The notes below the pieces were generated by a model. That model did not search any database. It was given only the letters and a program-made list of their open reading frames with translations, and was not told the origin of the DNA. 64,000 nt of DNA from Monocercomonoides exilis PA203 (Eukaryota > Protista > Preaxostyla): contig LSRY02000010.1 in NCBI GenBank assembly GCA_001643675.2, positions 930,001 to 994,000 on the forward strand, in the 5' to 3' direction. Within the stretch, counting starts at the first letter, position 1. The number at the start of each line of letters is the position of its first letter. Of this stretch, positions 1-12,800 are shown piece after piece. Both the position numbers and the translations under genes were made by a program.

Positions 1-1
1 G

Positions 2-2671
2 TCATACAACATCACTCCTGACAATCCAAATGATTTTTCTTCAGCTTCAACAAAAGCGAAACGGCAGACAATTGCTCTTTCTTCGCCAATTTCTGTTTCT
101 TCGTCAATTGCAGATCTTTCGAAAACAACACAAGATTCTTTAGCATCTTCTGGCACAAGCAGGAAAACTCTGCTTTCAACGCATTCTTCTTTGCCCAATT
201 TGCACCAGCCAAACGCTCCTCCTTCGTCTTCTCTCTATTCTGACCCGCCGCCAACGTTTCCTGAGAGCTACCCGCCGCCTTCCCGTCTCTCTTTCAAGCA
301 AGTTGTAGCTTCTGACCATTCGCCCATCACATACAACTCGTTTACTCCTCCTTCTCCTCTTTCGTTTGTTGAGAGTGCCATTCAGATGTTCTTGTCAAAT
401 GCAAAGGAAAGATTCTCATTGAACATTTGGACTGCTGAATGGTGGGCAGATGTGAATGCTCAAACAGAAAAAGAAGCAAGTTCAATAAGTAATGCTCAAG
501 CAAAGACAATTTCACCAAAGGCCGAAGAAGCTGTTCCAGTACCTCCTCCGCCGTCAAATGCAATTTGTGAGTGCAATGATTCATCAACAACTTCTTCTTC
601 TCAAGCTCCAAAAGCTCTTTCCATTTCTTCACCACCTCCTCCTCCACCTCCGCCACCTACCCCAAAATCACTTGATTCTTCTTCTCCGATGTGCAACTCA
701 ACCTCTCCGTCTCAGGCAACATCTTCTACTTCTATTGTATCTGTTCAATTGCCGCGTGTTACTTTTTCAAGTGATTCCAGCAAGAAAGCTCAGGATGAAT
801 CTGCCAAGTTGAATGAGATGAATCAAAGCGAGACAAAAATAAATAAACCTTCCATTTCAGTGGGTGATGAAGACAAAGGAGATGATGACACATCAAAATG
901 TGAGCAATCTGATACAAGCAAGAGCGCTGGAGATGAAGTTGTTGAAGACAAAGCTGAGAAGCAAAAGGAACAAAAAGAAACAATTCACTCAACGCTTAAA
1001 GTTAGTGAAAGCGAGTGCAGTAGCCCTGTTAGGCGGTCCACAGCATCAACAGACAGAACACGAACATTATCTTCTGTTTCCTCTTTGGCTTCGAATTTCT
1101 CCACTCGAACTCGTCCGCTTCTCTTGCAGCTGTTTGCAAAGGAGAATATTGGGCATATCAAACGCATTCCGAATGCTGATTCCCTTTCAGTCAATGAAGA
1201 AACAGATTTTGAACAACAAACAAACAAAGCCAAAATTAATTCGCAAATTGAACTTCAGTCAAAGTTTCTGGGAAAAGCGCTGAGGAATTTGAAGCGATCG
1301 AAGGCAGCATTCCTCTCGCAACTGCGATTGATTGTGCCAGGTGTTGGTGAAACATTGAGAAAACAGCTTCTCAGCTCAAAAAAACAGATGAAGAATGCAC
1401 CATCTCTTTGCTTGAGACTAACGTTTTTAGAGGTTTGATACCCTTTTTAATAGATTGAAAGTTTTGATATGAAAATTTTTAAATTTTTTCTTTTTCATTT
1501 TGACTTGTTATTTATGTGCACATTCACAATTAAACAAATAAAGATGAAAATGGATGGTAGCCCCAGCAGCAAAGTGACAGACTTGGCATTCAAAAGCGTG
1601 TACTATCTGGCAGCTACAGCGATCCCTTATTCCACCGATTATGGTGTGTCGCCTCAGCCAGGAAGGAACTCCACATTCGATCGAAAAAGAAGAGAAGCGA
1701 AGGAATCCAGCAGAAAAAGCATTCTGTTTGACAACAAAGTGTTTAGCTCTTTCAATCCAGCAAAGAATACCACAAGCAGACAACAGCTGGAAACAGAAAT
1801 GAGCGATTTATTCTCACAGGTGGCATTAAGAAAGAGAACAGCTTGTCATTCTTTCCAGTCGCCTTTGTCGTCCACACTGCAAGAAACGCCAGTTCTTCAG
1901 ATCTCTCTCATCTGCGACGAAGGGAAAGTCGTTGATTTGAGTCAGCCAGACGAGGTAGACTCGCAAAAGACGACAATTACGACGTTCGAATCACGCAGCT
2001 CTTCGAGTGAATCAGATGGCTATTGCTTTGTTGGCACTGAATCACACGACCAGCAAAAGACTTCTTCTTTGACTTCTCCAACTGCATCGACTTCTCCTTT
2101 GCTTTCTCCTTCTCCAAACGAACAAGCGCTTTCTGCACAGAGCAAAAGCGATGCATCAGACAAGTCAGTTGCTCCAACAAGTTCCCAAAATACTTCTGTT
2201 CCTGCCTCGTCTAATTCACCTACTCAGACTGAAAAACGTTCTTCATCTTTGACTGATCCATCGGCTGATATATCTCCAGTCTCATCTTTGCCTTCATCTT
2301 CATCTGCTTCTGCTTCCTCTTCTGCTTCCTCATCAACTTCCTCTTCTTCTTCTCGCGATCCCTTTTATGGCCTTCCAGTGTTAAAGACGTTTCGAGCAGC
2401 CAATTTGACTGTGCAAGTTATCACAAGAGAAGAATACAGCAACTTTTATGAGGAGTCTCTGTCACAAAGCAAACTCTGCGCTCTTGTTGGGTCTGATGAG
2501 CAGATTGCTTCTGTTAGCGCTGTTTCTGCTCCGTTGAAGTCTCCTTCGTTCAGATTCATGCTCGATAACCAAAGCTATGGACCGTGCAATAGATTGAGGC
2601 TGACGCTTTTCCAGCCACAAAATTCGAGAATTGATAATTCAATGAAATTTGCGATGTTCAATCCGATGTAA
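2..2671 (+). CDS. Uncharacterised Ser/Pro-rich protein, 5' end outside window; exons <2-1432 and 1544-2671
   Basis: Frame is open from base 2. Phase-0 intron 1433-1543 (GAG|GTTTGA...AAG|ATG) joins ORF 191..1438 to ORF 1469..2671 in frame. Contains a poly-Pro run and Ser-rich tracts; no recognisable domain. Confidence 0.7.
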
Positions 2672-3844
2672 TTGCTCTTTTAGAATGTTAATTAGGATGA
2701 AATACAGCTTGGATAAAAAGAAGGTTCTTCAAATGACAGTTTATTTGGTTGATTCTAATCTGATTTCAGTTTATTTTGAAGAATTATTCTTAATTGTAAA
2801 ATGATATATAGAGATCATTTTTGTTGTTTTTAGCTTTCAAAAAAAAATATGTAAATTGTATTAGTTAAAGCATTTTTTTGATATTCTTTTATTACAAAAT
2901 TTTATTATTCTTTTTTAACACATTAGTGATATGTCATTATGAGCTCACTCATAATCTTTTTTTTTTAACATTTTTGGAAATCAATTTTGAAATGGTTTTT
3001 GTTTGATTTTTTTATTTTTTAATTTTTTACAACAAAATTTTAGCTTTGCTTTTTAGAGATTCATTCTAATTGCTTTCTTTTTGAAAAAAATGATTATTTT
3101 TCAGGTTAACTTTGTTGATTGTCTGTTTTTGAAACAAACAAAATTTGGCATTTTTGATTATTATTCTTTTATTGTGTTTATTGTATTTTGAGGAATATTT
3201 CTTTCTTTCTTTTTTTTTTTTTTTTCCCTCCACCAATGGATTTTTAAATGATCCATCATCTTCTTTGTTGTCTTTACCGAGATTATTATTTGACATTTTT
3301 TATTCATTGTTGCTGTTTTTATAATAGCAAAGTTTTTGTATTTGTTTTTATTTTAAAAAATATTTTTTTTAATTTTTATATTTTATTTTTTTATAACTTA
3401 TTCATCGTTAAGTTTTGAGTAATTTTGTTCTGTTAGAAATGATCATCGGAAATATCAACGTTTTGGTTCAAATTTCCTTCTGTATTTTGAAAGAATATGT
3501 TTTGGTAAAAAAATAATTTGGTTGACTTTGTATGTCATTTTTGATTTATATTTTTTTAATATTGACTGATCTTTTGTTTTTTTCATGATTTAATGTTAGT
3601 CTTTTGATGATATTTGCCTTTCACCAATGCAATTCATCAAGAGGTTTTCTCACAAAAAATTTATGCTATTTTTTGTCAACAAGAATATCTACAAAAAATA
3701 TGATTGAAATGAATACTCACTTCAAATTCAATAACAAATGATAAAAATAAAACTGAAAGCACAATCCCAAAAAACCAAAAGGAAATAACCCAACCATTGA
3801 AATTAATACAATATGGTCATTTTGATCATTTCATATTGAACCAA

Positions 3845-6800
3845 ATGCAAACTCAAGTAGAAACTCCTTCCGAAAAGGAGCAAGTGCCAACAAATTCAAC
3901 CAAGTCTCAAAATAGCGTTCATTTCCCAACAATTCTTTTAGATGCAGAGGCTTTAGAGAAGGCATTTGATCTTGAAATAACAAAAATAAAACGATGCTCT
4001 GGTTTGTATCTAAATAATTTATCTGTTTTCAATCATTCATTTTATTGTTTTTAAATGTAATAAAACGATAGATATGCATCTTTCTCAGCAATTGAATTCA
4101 ACTTATCAACTTATTCTTTTTGATGTAATCGATACGCTTCCACAACTTCCAATTCGTTCTTGGCACATTCTTTTTAAATGCTTACATAAAATATTTTCAT
4201 ATTTTAAACGACAACAGTTTGCTTTTTCTTTTCTTTTCTTTTCTTTTTTTTAATTATTCCGTGTTTGAATTTAGTAATTACTCATTTACTGATTGGAGTA
4301 AAATACAACCAGCACTTCACAAATATGTAGTGTTTGTAGCTGATGTGTTTTTAAAAAATCCGTTTTTGCCTCATTGTGCAAGAGCCTTGGCTTCTTCTTT
4401 TTCAATTAAAGCTCGTGGTTTCTGTCAAAATTGCGAGTCATATCAACCTCCCAATATTCCCGAAAATCTATTTTATGCAGTCCATTATAATAGATCCATT
4501 ATTTGTTCAGGACAGCATCAAATGTCTGCATTGGCATATTTTATTGAGTCTGGTTTATTGCAACTTTGCACTGATTTACTGAAAAATGCAAAAGACAATT
4601 TCAAACCTGAACGAGTCTTAAAGGGAGAATCACTTTTGCACGACTTCCACTCCGTTCTGAAGGTTCCTGCGCGTATGTGCTATCTTCTAAATCCGGATTA
4701 CTATGTGATTGCCGTGCCATTGGAAGCTCTCGATGGTGCTTCTGAGTTTTTATCCACCTTCGATTTCGACAAACACAGTAAGTTAAGCGGCAGTGCTGTC
4801 AGTCGCTGGATGACGTCATATTACGCTTTTGGCGGAGGTGGTGGTGCAAAAAAAGGGGAGAAAAAACAAGTGCAGCGATGTCTTTATCGAATGGACATCA
4901 TTGCGCACAAAAGTGTTTGGTGGTCATCCACCGAGACGCATGCCAGGATGGAGATGGTTCTGTTCCAAGTAGCGTTGCAGCTGATGCGGTGCCGGTCGCT
5001 GGAAAAGCGTCTGGAGGGAATTCGATTGCTGCGGCTGTTTCTGGGGGCATCTCCAGCTCGGGATTCTCTTTTGTCGAACATTTCGATTACAAAGCAGTAC
5101 GAAGAGATAATGAAGATGGTGAAGGAGTTGAGAGAAGGCAAAAGCATAGATGATGATGAAGAGGAGAAGAAGAAAGAAGAAAAAGATGATAAAAATAACA
5201 ATAATAATAATAATAATGTTGATGAAAAGAAGAATAATAAAGAAACAAGCGACGATAAATCTGAACCAGCAAAAAAAGAGTCCAAATTTGAAATAGACAA
5301 TAATGTATATACTGTTCCCAACAGACGCCAAAGGGAAAGCGACGGAAATACCAATAGCGCAAAGAAACCTTCACGCAGGTATTCAATCGCCTATCGTTTG
5401 AAGTCGTTGGCAAAGTTTCTGTCTTGCTTTGCCGACAACTCGTTTTTCATTCAAGACGAGACGCAAACGTGGGAGACGCACAACGAAGAGCCCAACAGCT
5501 CCGTCGTAAGCTCAGCCTCTGCCACCACCCCGCAGCGGTTGTCGCAGCTTCTGAGCTCCGAAAACCTGCTCAACACGCTTTTTGGCGTCGGGGCGCATCT
5601 GGAAGTGATGCGGCAAGGGCAAGGCGTGCTGCAGCTGCTGATGAAAGGGCACGCGATGAATGACGGGATGATTGAATGGGTGTGGCGGATGAGCGGACTG
5701 CATCAAGGGAGATCAGAGACGCTGATGAACTCGATGCTGGAGGAGATGGCGAGCTCAATGACGGACAGAGAACTGGAGGTGTTTGCATGGATCATCCTGA
5801 CGAGGAGGAGAGGAGGAGGAAGTGGGAGTGGGAGCGGGAGTGGAGAGAAATCGGGGAAGAATGGAAAGAAGGAAGGGAAAAAGATGAGTGCGGATGAGTA
5901 TGATGAGGAGGATGACGAAATGGATGACGGAGAAAGTGAAAGCGAAAGTGAAGCTGATGAAGAAGACGAGAAGCTAAAAGATGATACAGAAAAAGAGAAA
6001 AGCCCAACCAAGAACAAAGCCATCACTTCATCTTCATCTCAATCTTCATCTTCATCGTCTTCATCGTCTTCTTCACAACCACACACCATCCCTCAACTGT
6101 CTGACTTTAAGAAGATCAGCGATCCGCTTCCGTTTTCGTATCCGCAAGGCACATCTCCAAGCGCAATGCAGCAGATGCAGCAGACAGGAAGTGAATCTCT
6201 TTCTTCTTTTTCTCTGCCACCTGATTTCACTCTGCCTTCACCTTTGATAAACCACGTGACTGTTCCTATTGATGAAACAGTTATTTCTTTGATCACCACA
6301 ATTTTGTCCCGGGCGGAAAAGGAGAAGAACAGAAACCTGGCAGACAAGCTCTTTCTATTCCTGTTGTCTCTTGTGCTCGATCGTGATCAGAATATCTCAC
6401 TCAGAAGGAATGTTATGCAGAACTTGGCAAAAGTGAAAGGAAAGAATTCATCAACATCATCTTCTTCTTCAAGTGATTCGGCATCCTCAGCAGAACAAGA
6501 AGCCGATCCACAGATGATGACTGCTGTGCCAGCACAAAAGCTGACCCCAGCCATGTTCGACTTCACTCTGAATCACTTATGTTTGTTCTGCCTCAAAATC
6601 ATAAACGATGCAACTGCCGAAGACTACGCGTACTTTCTGAACAGGCACCTCGAAGCACACAACTCTGTTGGTGTTGTCTCGACGCTGCTGATGAAGATTG
6701 CGCAGTCATTCGACACAAACTACATGAAGCGTGCAGATATTGCATACACAGCCAGAAGGCAGGTACCAGTCAGACCGCGGACGACACAGCAGTTTCTGAT

Positions 6801-9800
6801 GGATCTGAGCGAAGGAGGTTCGGTTGGGCTGTGGCTGGTGGAAGGTTTAGTGGAATACAAAAAGGGAATGAAGAGAGCGATTGCAGAGAGCATTGCGAGG
6901 GATTCGAGAGTGAGAGAGTGGAGAGAGAGAGAGAGGATGCTGAAGGAAGGCAGTGGAGATGGGGAAATGAAGGAAGGCAATGGACAAGAGGGAAAAGAAG
7001 ATTCAAATGGAGGAGATAATAACAAATGTTCGTCGTCATCATCATCATCTTTTTCTTCTTCAAGCAATGGAGAAGTTGTATCTCCATTTTGGGACATATT
7101 TGAGCGGCAGCTTGTGACGCCAGTGCCGGCAAAGCAAGCGTCGAGTCTTCTGATCAACCGTGTTGAGTATGAGAAAGACAAGATTCGAATGGAAGAGATG
7201 AAAGAAGATCTCGAAGAGCGCATCTGCAACGCCTCAAGCATTTCTCAGAAGGAGTATTCGGAAGAGGAACCACACAAACTGGAGAAGGCTGCTGCTGAAA
7301 GAGCTTCTCAGATGCTTTCGCTCTCAGACATCTTCACTCCCATTGCTATTCTGCCTCCTCCCAGCTCCTCTTTCATTGACGGATATCGCTTTCCCTCAAT
7401 GCCCCATCTGCGGTATGTGGGGACTTGTCTCGATTTCCTGTTCAAGATCATCTCTTCACACGCTGCTGTTCCTTCTCGCAAGCTCCTGTTCGAGCTGTGG
7501 GACGCAGTTGTGGCTGGCGCAGTGACGAGAGGAGAGAGAGAGAGAGGAATCAACTTGTTCTGCCAGTTTGGAAAGGAAGGGTTTTGCATCCCTCTCCAAT
7601 TGCAGGACAACTGCTTGAAGCTGTGGAAGAAGAAGTTTATGTTCCATTCGGTTGTTCCTGCGAACGAAGCAGATGAAAGAAAGAAGTACAGAAACAACTG
7701 GAAGGCGCAAATGAGCAAGATGTTTGATACTTATCAGCACAAAATGAGAGATTCATTGCAAACGTTGGAGAAAGATGGCGACAGAGTGATTGACTTCTCG
7801 GAGGAAGAGATGCAAGACATGTTTGATAAGGACATCCACCCGCACGTGAATAAGAGCCAGTTAGAGCAGAAGGCGATTCTGCGAGAAGGCAGCGGAAATC
7901 TGCCAGATGTCCCGCTTTCCTCGCTGTTTATGACTGAGTCTGAGTTTTCGCTGTTTTGCGAAGGGTTTGTGGTGATCAACAAGAAGGACAAAAACCTGTC
8001 GCATGATGCTGCCTTGAAGCGATATGAGATTAAAACAAATTCTCTCAGCGGGTCAAGCAGCTTGTGGGACATTGCAATCAACAACGGAGGAATGACTGAT
8101 TGGAGAAAAGTGGAGTGGGAGAGACTGCGCAGAAAGTATTTGAGAAAAGCACAGAAGGAGAGGAGACAGGGCGAATATACTTTGAAGAGTGGGAGTGCAG
8201 CTGGAAATGAAGGAAGCAGAAGCGGAATGAATGAAGATTATTGTGATGTTTGTGGAGAAGATGACAATGATGATGAAATTGATGATGAAGCACTTCCTGT
8301 TGAGCAGGAGCGTTGGGCGTGGCAGTTCTTGAGGCATTTCATTGCGAGCGATTTGGTTTCTCTTGATTCGCAAACTGTTTTGCCACCAACCTCAACAACC
8401 CCACCACCAATGAAGGCGCTTACACCTGCGATTTCATATGCACCTTCAATCACATCTCCTGCTCCTATTGCCTTTGGAAGCCTTTCAACATCTTCATCTT
8501 TGAATACAACTTCAACTTCAACAAATTCTGCTTCAAATTCGAATAATTCTTTGGGAACTATTTCGTCTTCTTCCATTTTACATTCACCATCTGCCTCTTC
8601 AATGAGCTCCAATGCAACTGCTGGCTCCTTCGCTTCATCTTCACCTCCGCCTTCATCTCAAACACAATCTTCCGATCTTTACAAGTCTCCTTTCTACTCT
8701 TCGTTCTTTTCGCTTTCTTCGCAGCTTGAAAGCGAATGGAAAGAGGCTGAGGCTGTTGGCCATCGTGCAAGAGAGTTGTTAGTGTCGCTTCTTCAGCCTT
8801 CTTCAAAGAACGGAGAAGTCGACAGCTATTGGCGCCGCATTTCGATTGAAAAGCTGACTGGAATTGTTGCAGCATACGTGACAGCAGCCGAGGAAGCTAA
8901 GAAAAGAAAAGAAGAAAGATTGAAAAGAAAGCAAACAAACATGGAAAAGAATGAGAGTAACGAAGAGGAATCTCATTTATCTTCGTCTGCGTCATCGTCT
9001 GCATCAAACGAACAGATGGTACTTGTCAATGGACATTCTGTTCCCAACACATATGGCTTTCCTCTTTCATTCCTGTTGTGTCGAGCCGAAAATGCTGTGA
9101 GGATGCTTGTTTCACTCCTTAACACATACGACTTGTCTCTTCCTCCTCAAAAACGCAGTCTATACACAGAAACCTGCCACGGCCCATTGAAAATGATTTC
9201 TCCTGCGCTGACAGTCACCACGTATGGCACACTGACTCCTCCCTTGGTATTCACAGAACGTGACTGCCCGCAAGCCGTCAGAGATGCTGTTGCAAAAGCG
9301 ATGCGCCTGCCAAATGCAACACACATCAGTTTGATGCTTGGAAGCCATTCAATCACAGACAAAGTGAACTTCCTGGGCAACTTGAACATTTCAGATGGGA
9401 CGAAGATTGTGGCGAAGAGGCAGATTCCATATTCGCCAACGACTATTGACACGACAAAGGGGAAAGCAGCTAACGTGATGGCTGCAGGCAACAAAAAGCT
9501 CGCAGATGTCATTAATGATGAAGAGCTTCCTGAAGACAAACGCCCTCTGGCTAAAATTGTTAACCAGATGTATGACAAAGGAACATACAATGACCCAATG
9601 CTGTTCCCTGACGATGTGTTCAGCGCATCCAAGCTTCCATCCACGTCTCATCCAGGCACCATTCTAAGTTCGATGAATGCACACGAGCTGTTTTTCAAGG
9701 CAATGAGCTTGTCTTCGGCTCAGTCAGCGGATCATTCAACTTCGTCTGCGAGCGTCTCTTCATTGCCAGACAGCTGCAGCACACTGCTTCGCCTTCTGCC

Positions 9801-12800
9801 TTCTTCTTTTGCACTGAAGAAGGAGATTGCCTGCTGCGATGCTCAAACAGAGTGGGAAGAGGTGTTTGGAGTTGGAGAACGCTTCAAAATGACTTATTCG
9901 ATGAGGCTTGTTGAAGGATTGGTGAAGAAGACAACAAAATGTGGAGCAGCAACTGAAATGAAAGTGAAGGAGAAGCTGAAAGCAATTGGAAAAGGAAATG
10001 AAAGTGGAAGCGGAAATGAAATGGAAGAAAAAGAGAGCGAAGGAGACAAAGCAGAAGAATCGATAAATGAAGAAGATGTGTGGGAGGAGTTCACGCAGCA
10101 GGGGAAGGAAACATTGAAATATTCAACCAGTTCAAAAGAAGCGGAACAGCCAAAGTTGACAGAAAGAGTGAATTTGAAGGATTGGCGGTATCGCTTCATC
10201 ATTTCTGGTGGGTTGAACACTCTGGTGACTTTGTTTGTGAATGCTGCAATGCAACCGACTACATCTTCATCATTATCATTATCGTCATCATCTGCTTCTT
10301 CTTCTTCTTCTTCTTCCTCATCATTAGTTTCATCCCCCAATACATCTGCTTCAATCTCCTCTTTCCTTCCAGTTGTGTCCATTCTGAGCTCCTTTTTGCT
10401 TCAAAGCGAAGAATCAGAAAATAGCTCAGAGAAGAACAGCAGCTCGTCTGCTTCTTTTGTGTCTCCCTCTTCTCCTCTCTGGTCAAATGTGTTCCATTAT
10501 GCCTTGTCTGCCATCAACGTAACTGTCTTCATCTGCGCCCAGCCTCACTCAGCTTTTGCTTCTGGGCTGAATCGTTCGCAGCCACAGACTTTCACAGCAG
10601 TTGAGCAGAAACTGAAGATGGATGAGACGTCGTCGCGTGTCGTCTACTTCTTCCTCATTCTGCTGCAGCTGGCTATTTACACTTGCACTGAGCTTGCCCT
10701 TCCTCTTCCTTTCTCTGTCTCTGGAAAATCGTGTGGTTATTCTTCGTCTGAAGCACATAATCAACATACATCTGAAGCACCTTTCTCTTTATCGTCATCG
10801 TCTTCTTCTTCTTCTTCTTCAATTCATTCTGCTCAGCAAAATAACTCTTCTCATTCAAACGAGATATGTCTGTGCTGTCTCAATAACAATTCTCGTGTTT
10901 CTTCTCCACTATATTCTCTTCTTTGTATTTCAGACTCAGATTTTGATAAAGTTCTTCACGAAAAGGACAAAATAAGGCAGATTTTTGAAGGAGAAGATAT
11001 GTCTGCGCTTCCTCAGGTATCGAGCTGTTGTTCAAAGGAATGCAAAGAGAATGATATGCATTGTGATGCTCTGACAATAGATGATGTGATTAAGTTGGAT
11101 TCCAACAGAAATCTGTTGGGTGCTTCTTCTCAATTATCATCTTCATCAGAACTATCCAGTTCTCTTCATTCGCTTTTCAGAATCCTTCTTTCTATCGCTT
11201 CTTCTTTCCCCTCTCTTCTTCAGCCCCTTTTGTGCTCTCCATCGTTCCATCCTTATCTGTTTGCCCTTCTATTCTGCACTCCTTCAAGTGACGCTGAACG
11301 CGAAGCCTCAGTTTTCATCAAAGGAATCGCAGAGCTTGTGCCGTGTGACGACACCTGCACACAGGAAGCGGTTTGCACAGCTGTTGAAACTACCTCTGAA
11401 GAGGATGTTGAGGCTGTTCTGTATGATAAAGTGAAGCTGAACATTGAGGGGTACGCATTTGACAAGATTCTAAGGGGAAACCCGAAGCTCTGCGCACCGC
11501 CTCGTTCGCACCAGCTGATGCGTATGTCGCTTCTGTCACTGTTTCCATATGCTGCTAAATATTCTGAGAAATGCAGCTGGTATTTTGTTCTGCTGTCGGT
11601 AATGTTTGTCAATCAACTGATGGAGAATGAGCTATATTACTGGAACAAACAAATGAAAAAAATGAAAAAATCTAAGGATGAGAAAAATGGATCTAACAGT
11701 ATAAATATTTCTCTCACGCCTTCGCTTTCGTCATTTGATCCGCTTGCACCTTTGCATCTGCAAGTGATGCATTCAGTCAAGAGAATAGCAGCAGCTGTTG
11801 CGCAGGTCATTCGAACACATAGATGCACCGAGCTATTCGGGAAGGATGAGATCGTAGAAGACACATATCTCTCCTGCTTACTTGTGTTTATGCGAAATCT
11901 GTTGAGACAAATCGGAGAATTGAACAGAATCGCTGATATGTTTAACAGAATGAAAAACTTACGAGCAGAATATTTTGCGACAACATTGTTGAAAAAAATG
12001 AATTTGCAAAAACTTGGGAGTTTGACTGAAGAAACAGTCAAAGAAGGAGGAAATGTATTGGAGACTGCTCTTGCGTTGCCAACACGCAAAGAAATCAAAA
12101 GCGAAATTGATGCGGTTTTCTCAGGAAATGAGTCAGCCTCTTCAAGTTTGGATTCAACAAGCACGAATAACACAATAACATTCCCCATCTTTGATATTCC
12201 CACAGAAATTGGCAGTGAGTCTCCATTTAATCTTGTGGAGTTTATCTTCCATTCCATGCTGATGGACATAACAGAGCGTGACGTCTTTGACAATTCGTGG
12301 ATTTCGCCATCATTAAACTTGAGCAAAGAGGTTGTGGCGAAATTAGTGCACTTGAAAGAAAAGAGCGCAAGGACGTTGAAGCGCAGAGGTTACTTGGAAG
12401 AAATCAGCGAAGAAGAAGAAGAAAGTGAAAACGAAAATGGTGAAGAAAAAGAAAAAATGGATGTGTCAGATACATCAGAAATACAAATTGTCGAGTGCAA
12501 CAAATCGAAGACGCAATTAGCGGCTTTATCATCCACGTCGGAGGATCAAATTTTCCCTATTTGCAAGCATCGCAATACAAGAGCTCAAGCTTATAGCCTT
12601 CTGTCCATTCTTTGCCGCTATTCTTCCAAAAACAAGCAGTTGCTTGTGAAGATGCTGTCAAAGCACTTCTCAGTTGTTGGTGCAGATGTGATGGAAGCAT
12701 CTGATTGTAAGCCTTCAGTTAGCTATTCTGAGCATCAATTGTACATTAATCACCTTCTTCGCACACCAAACTTCATCCATTCATTCAACTTTTCTCCTTC

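Noticed and set aside
1790-1845. WH2/WASP-like assignment for the first gene (poly-Pro plus DLFSQVALRKR)
   Set aside because: Spacing does not fit the WH2 consensus well and there is no central-acidic tail.
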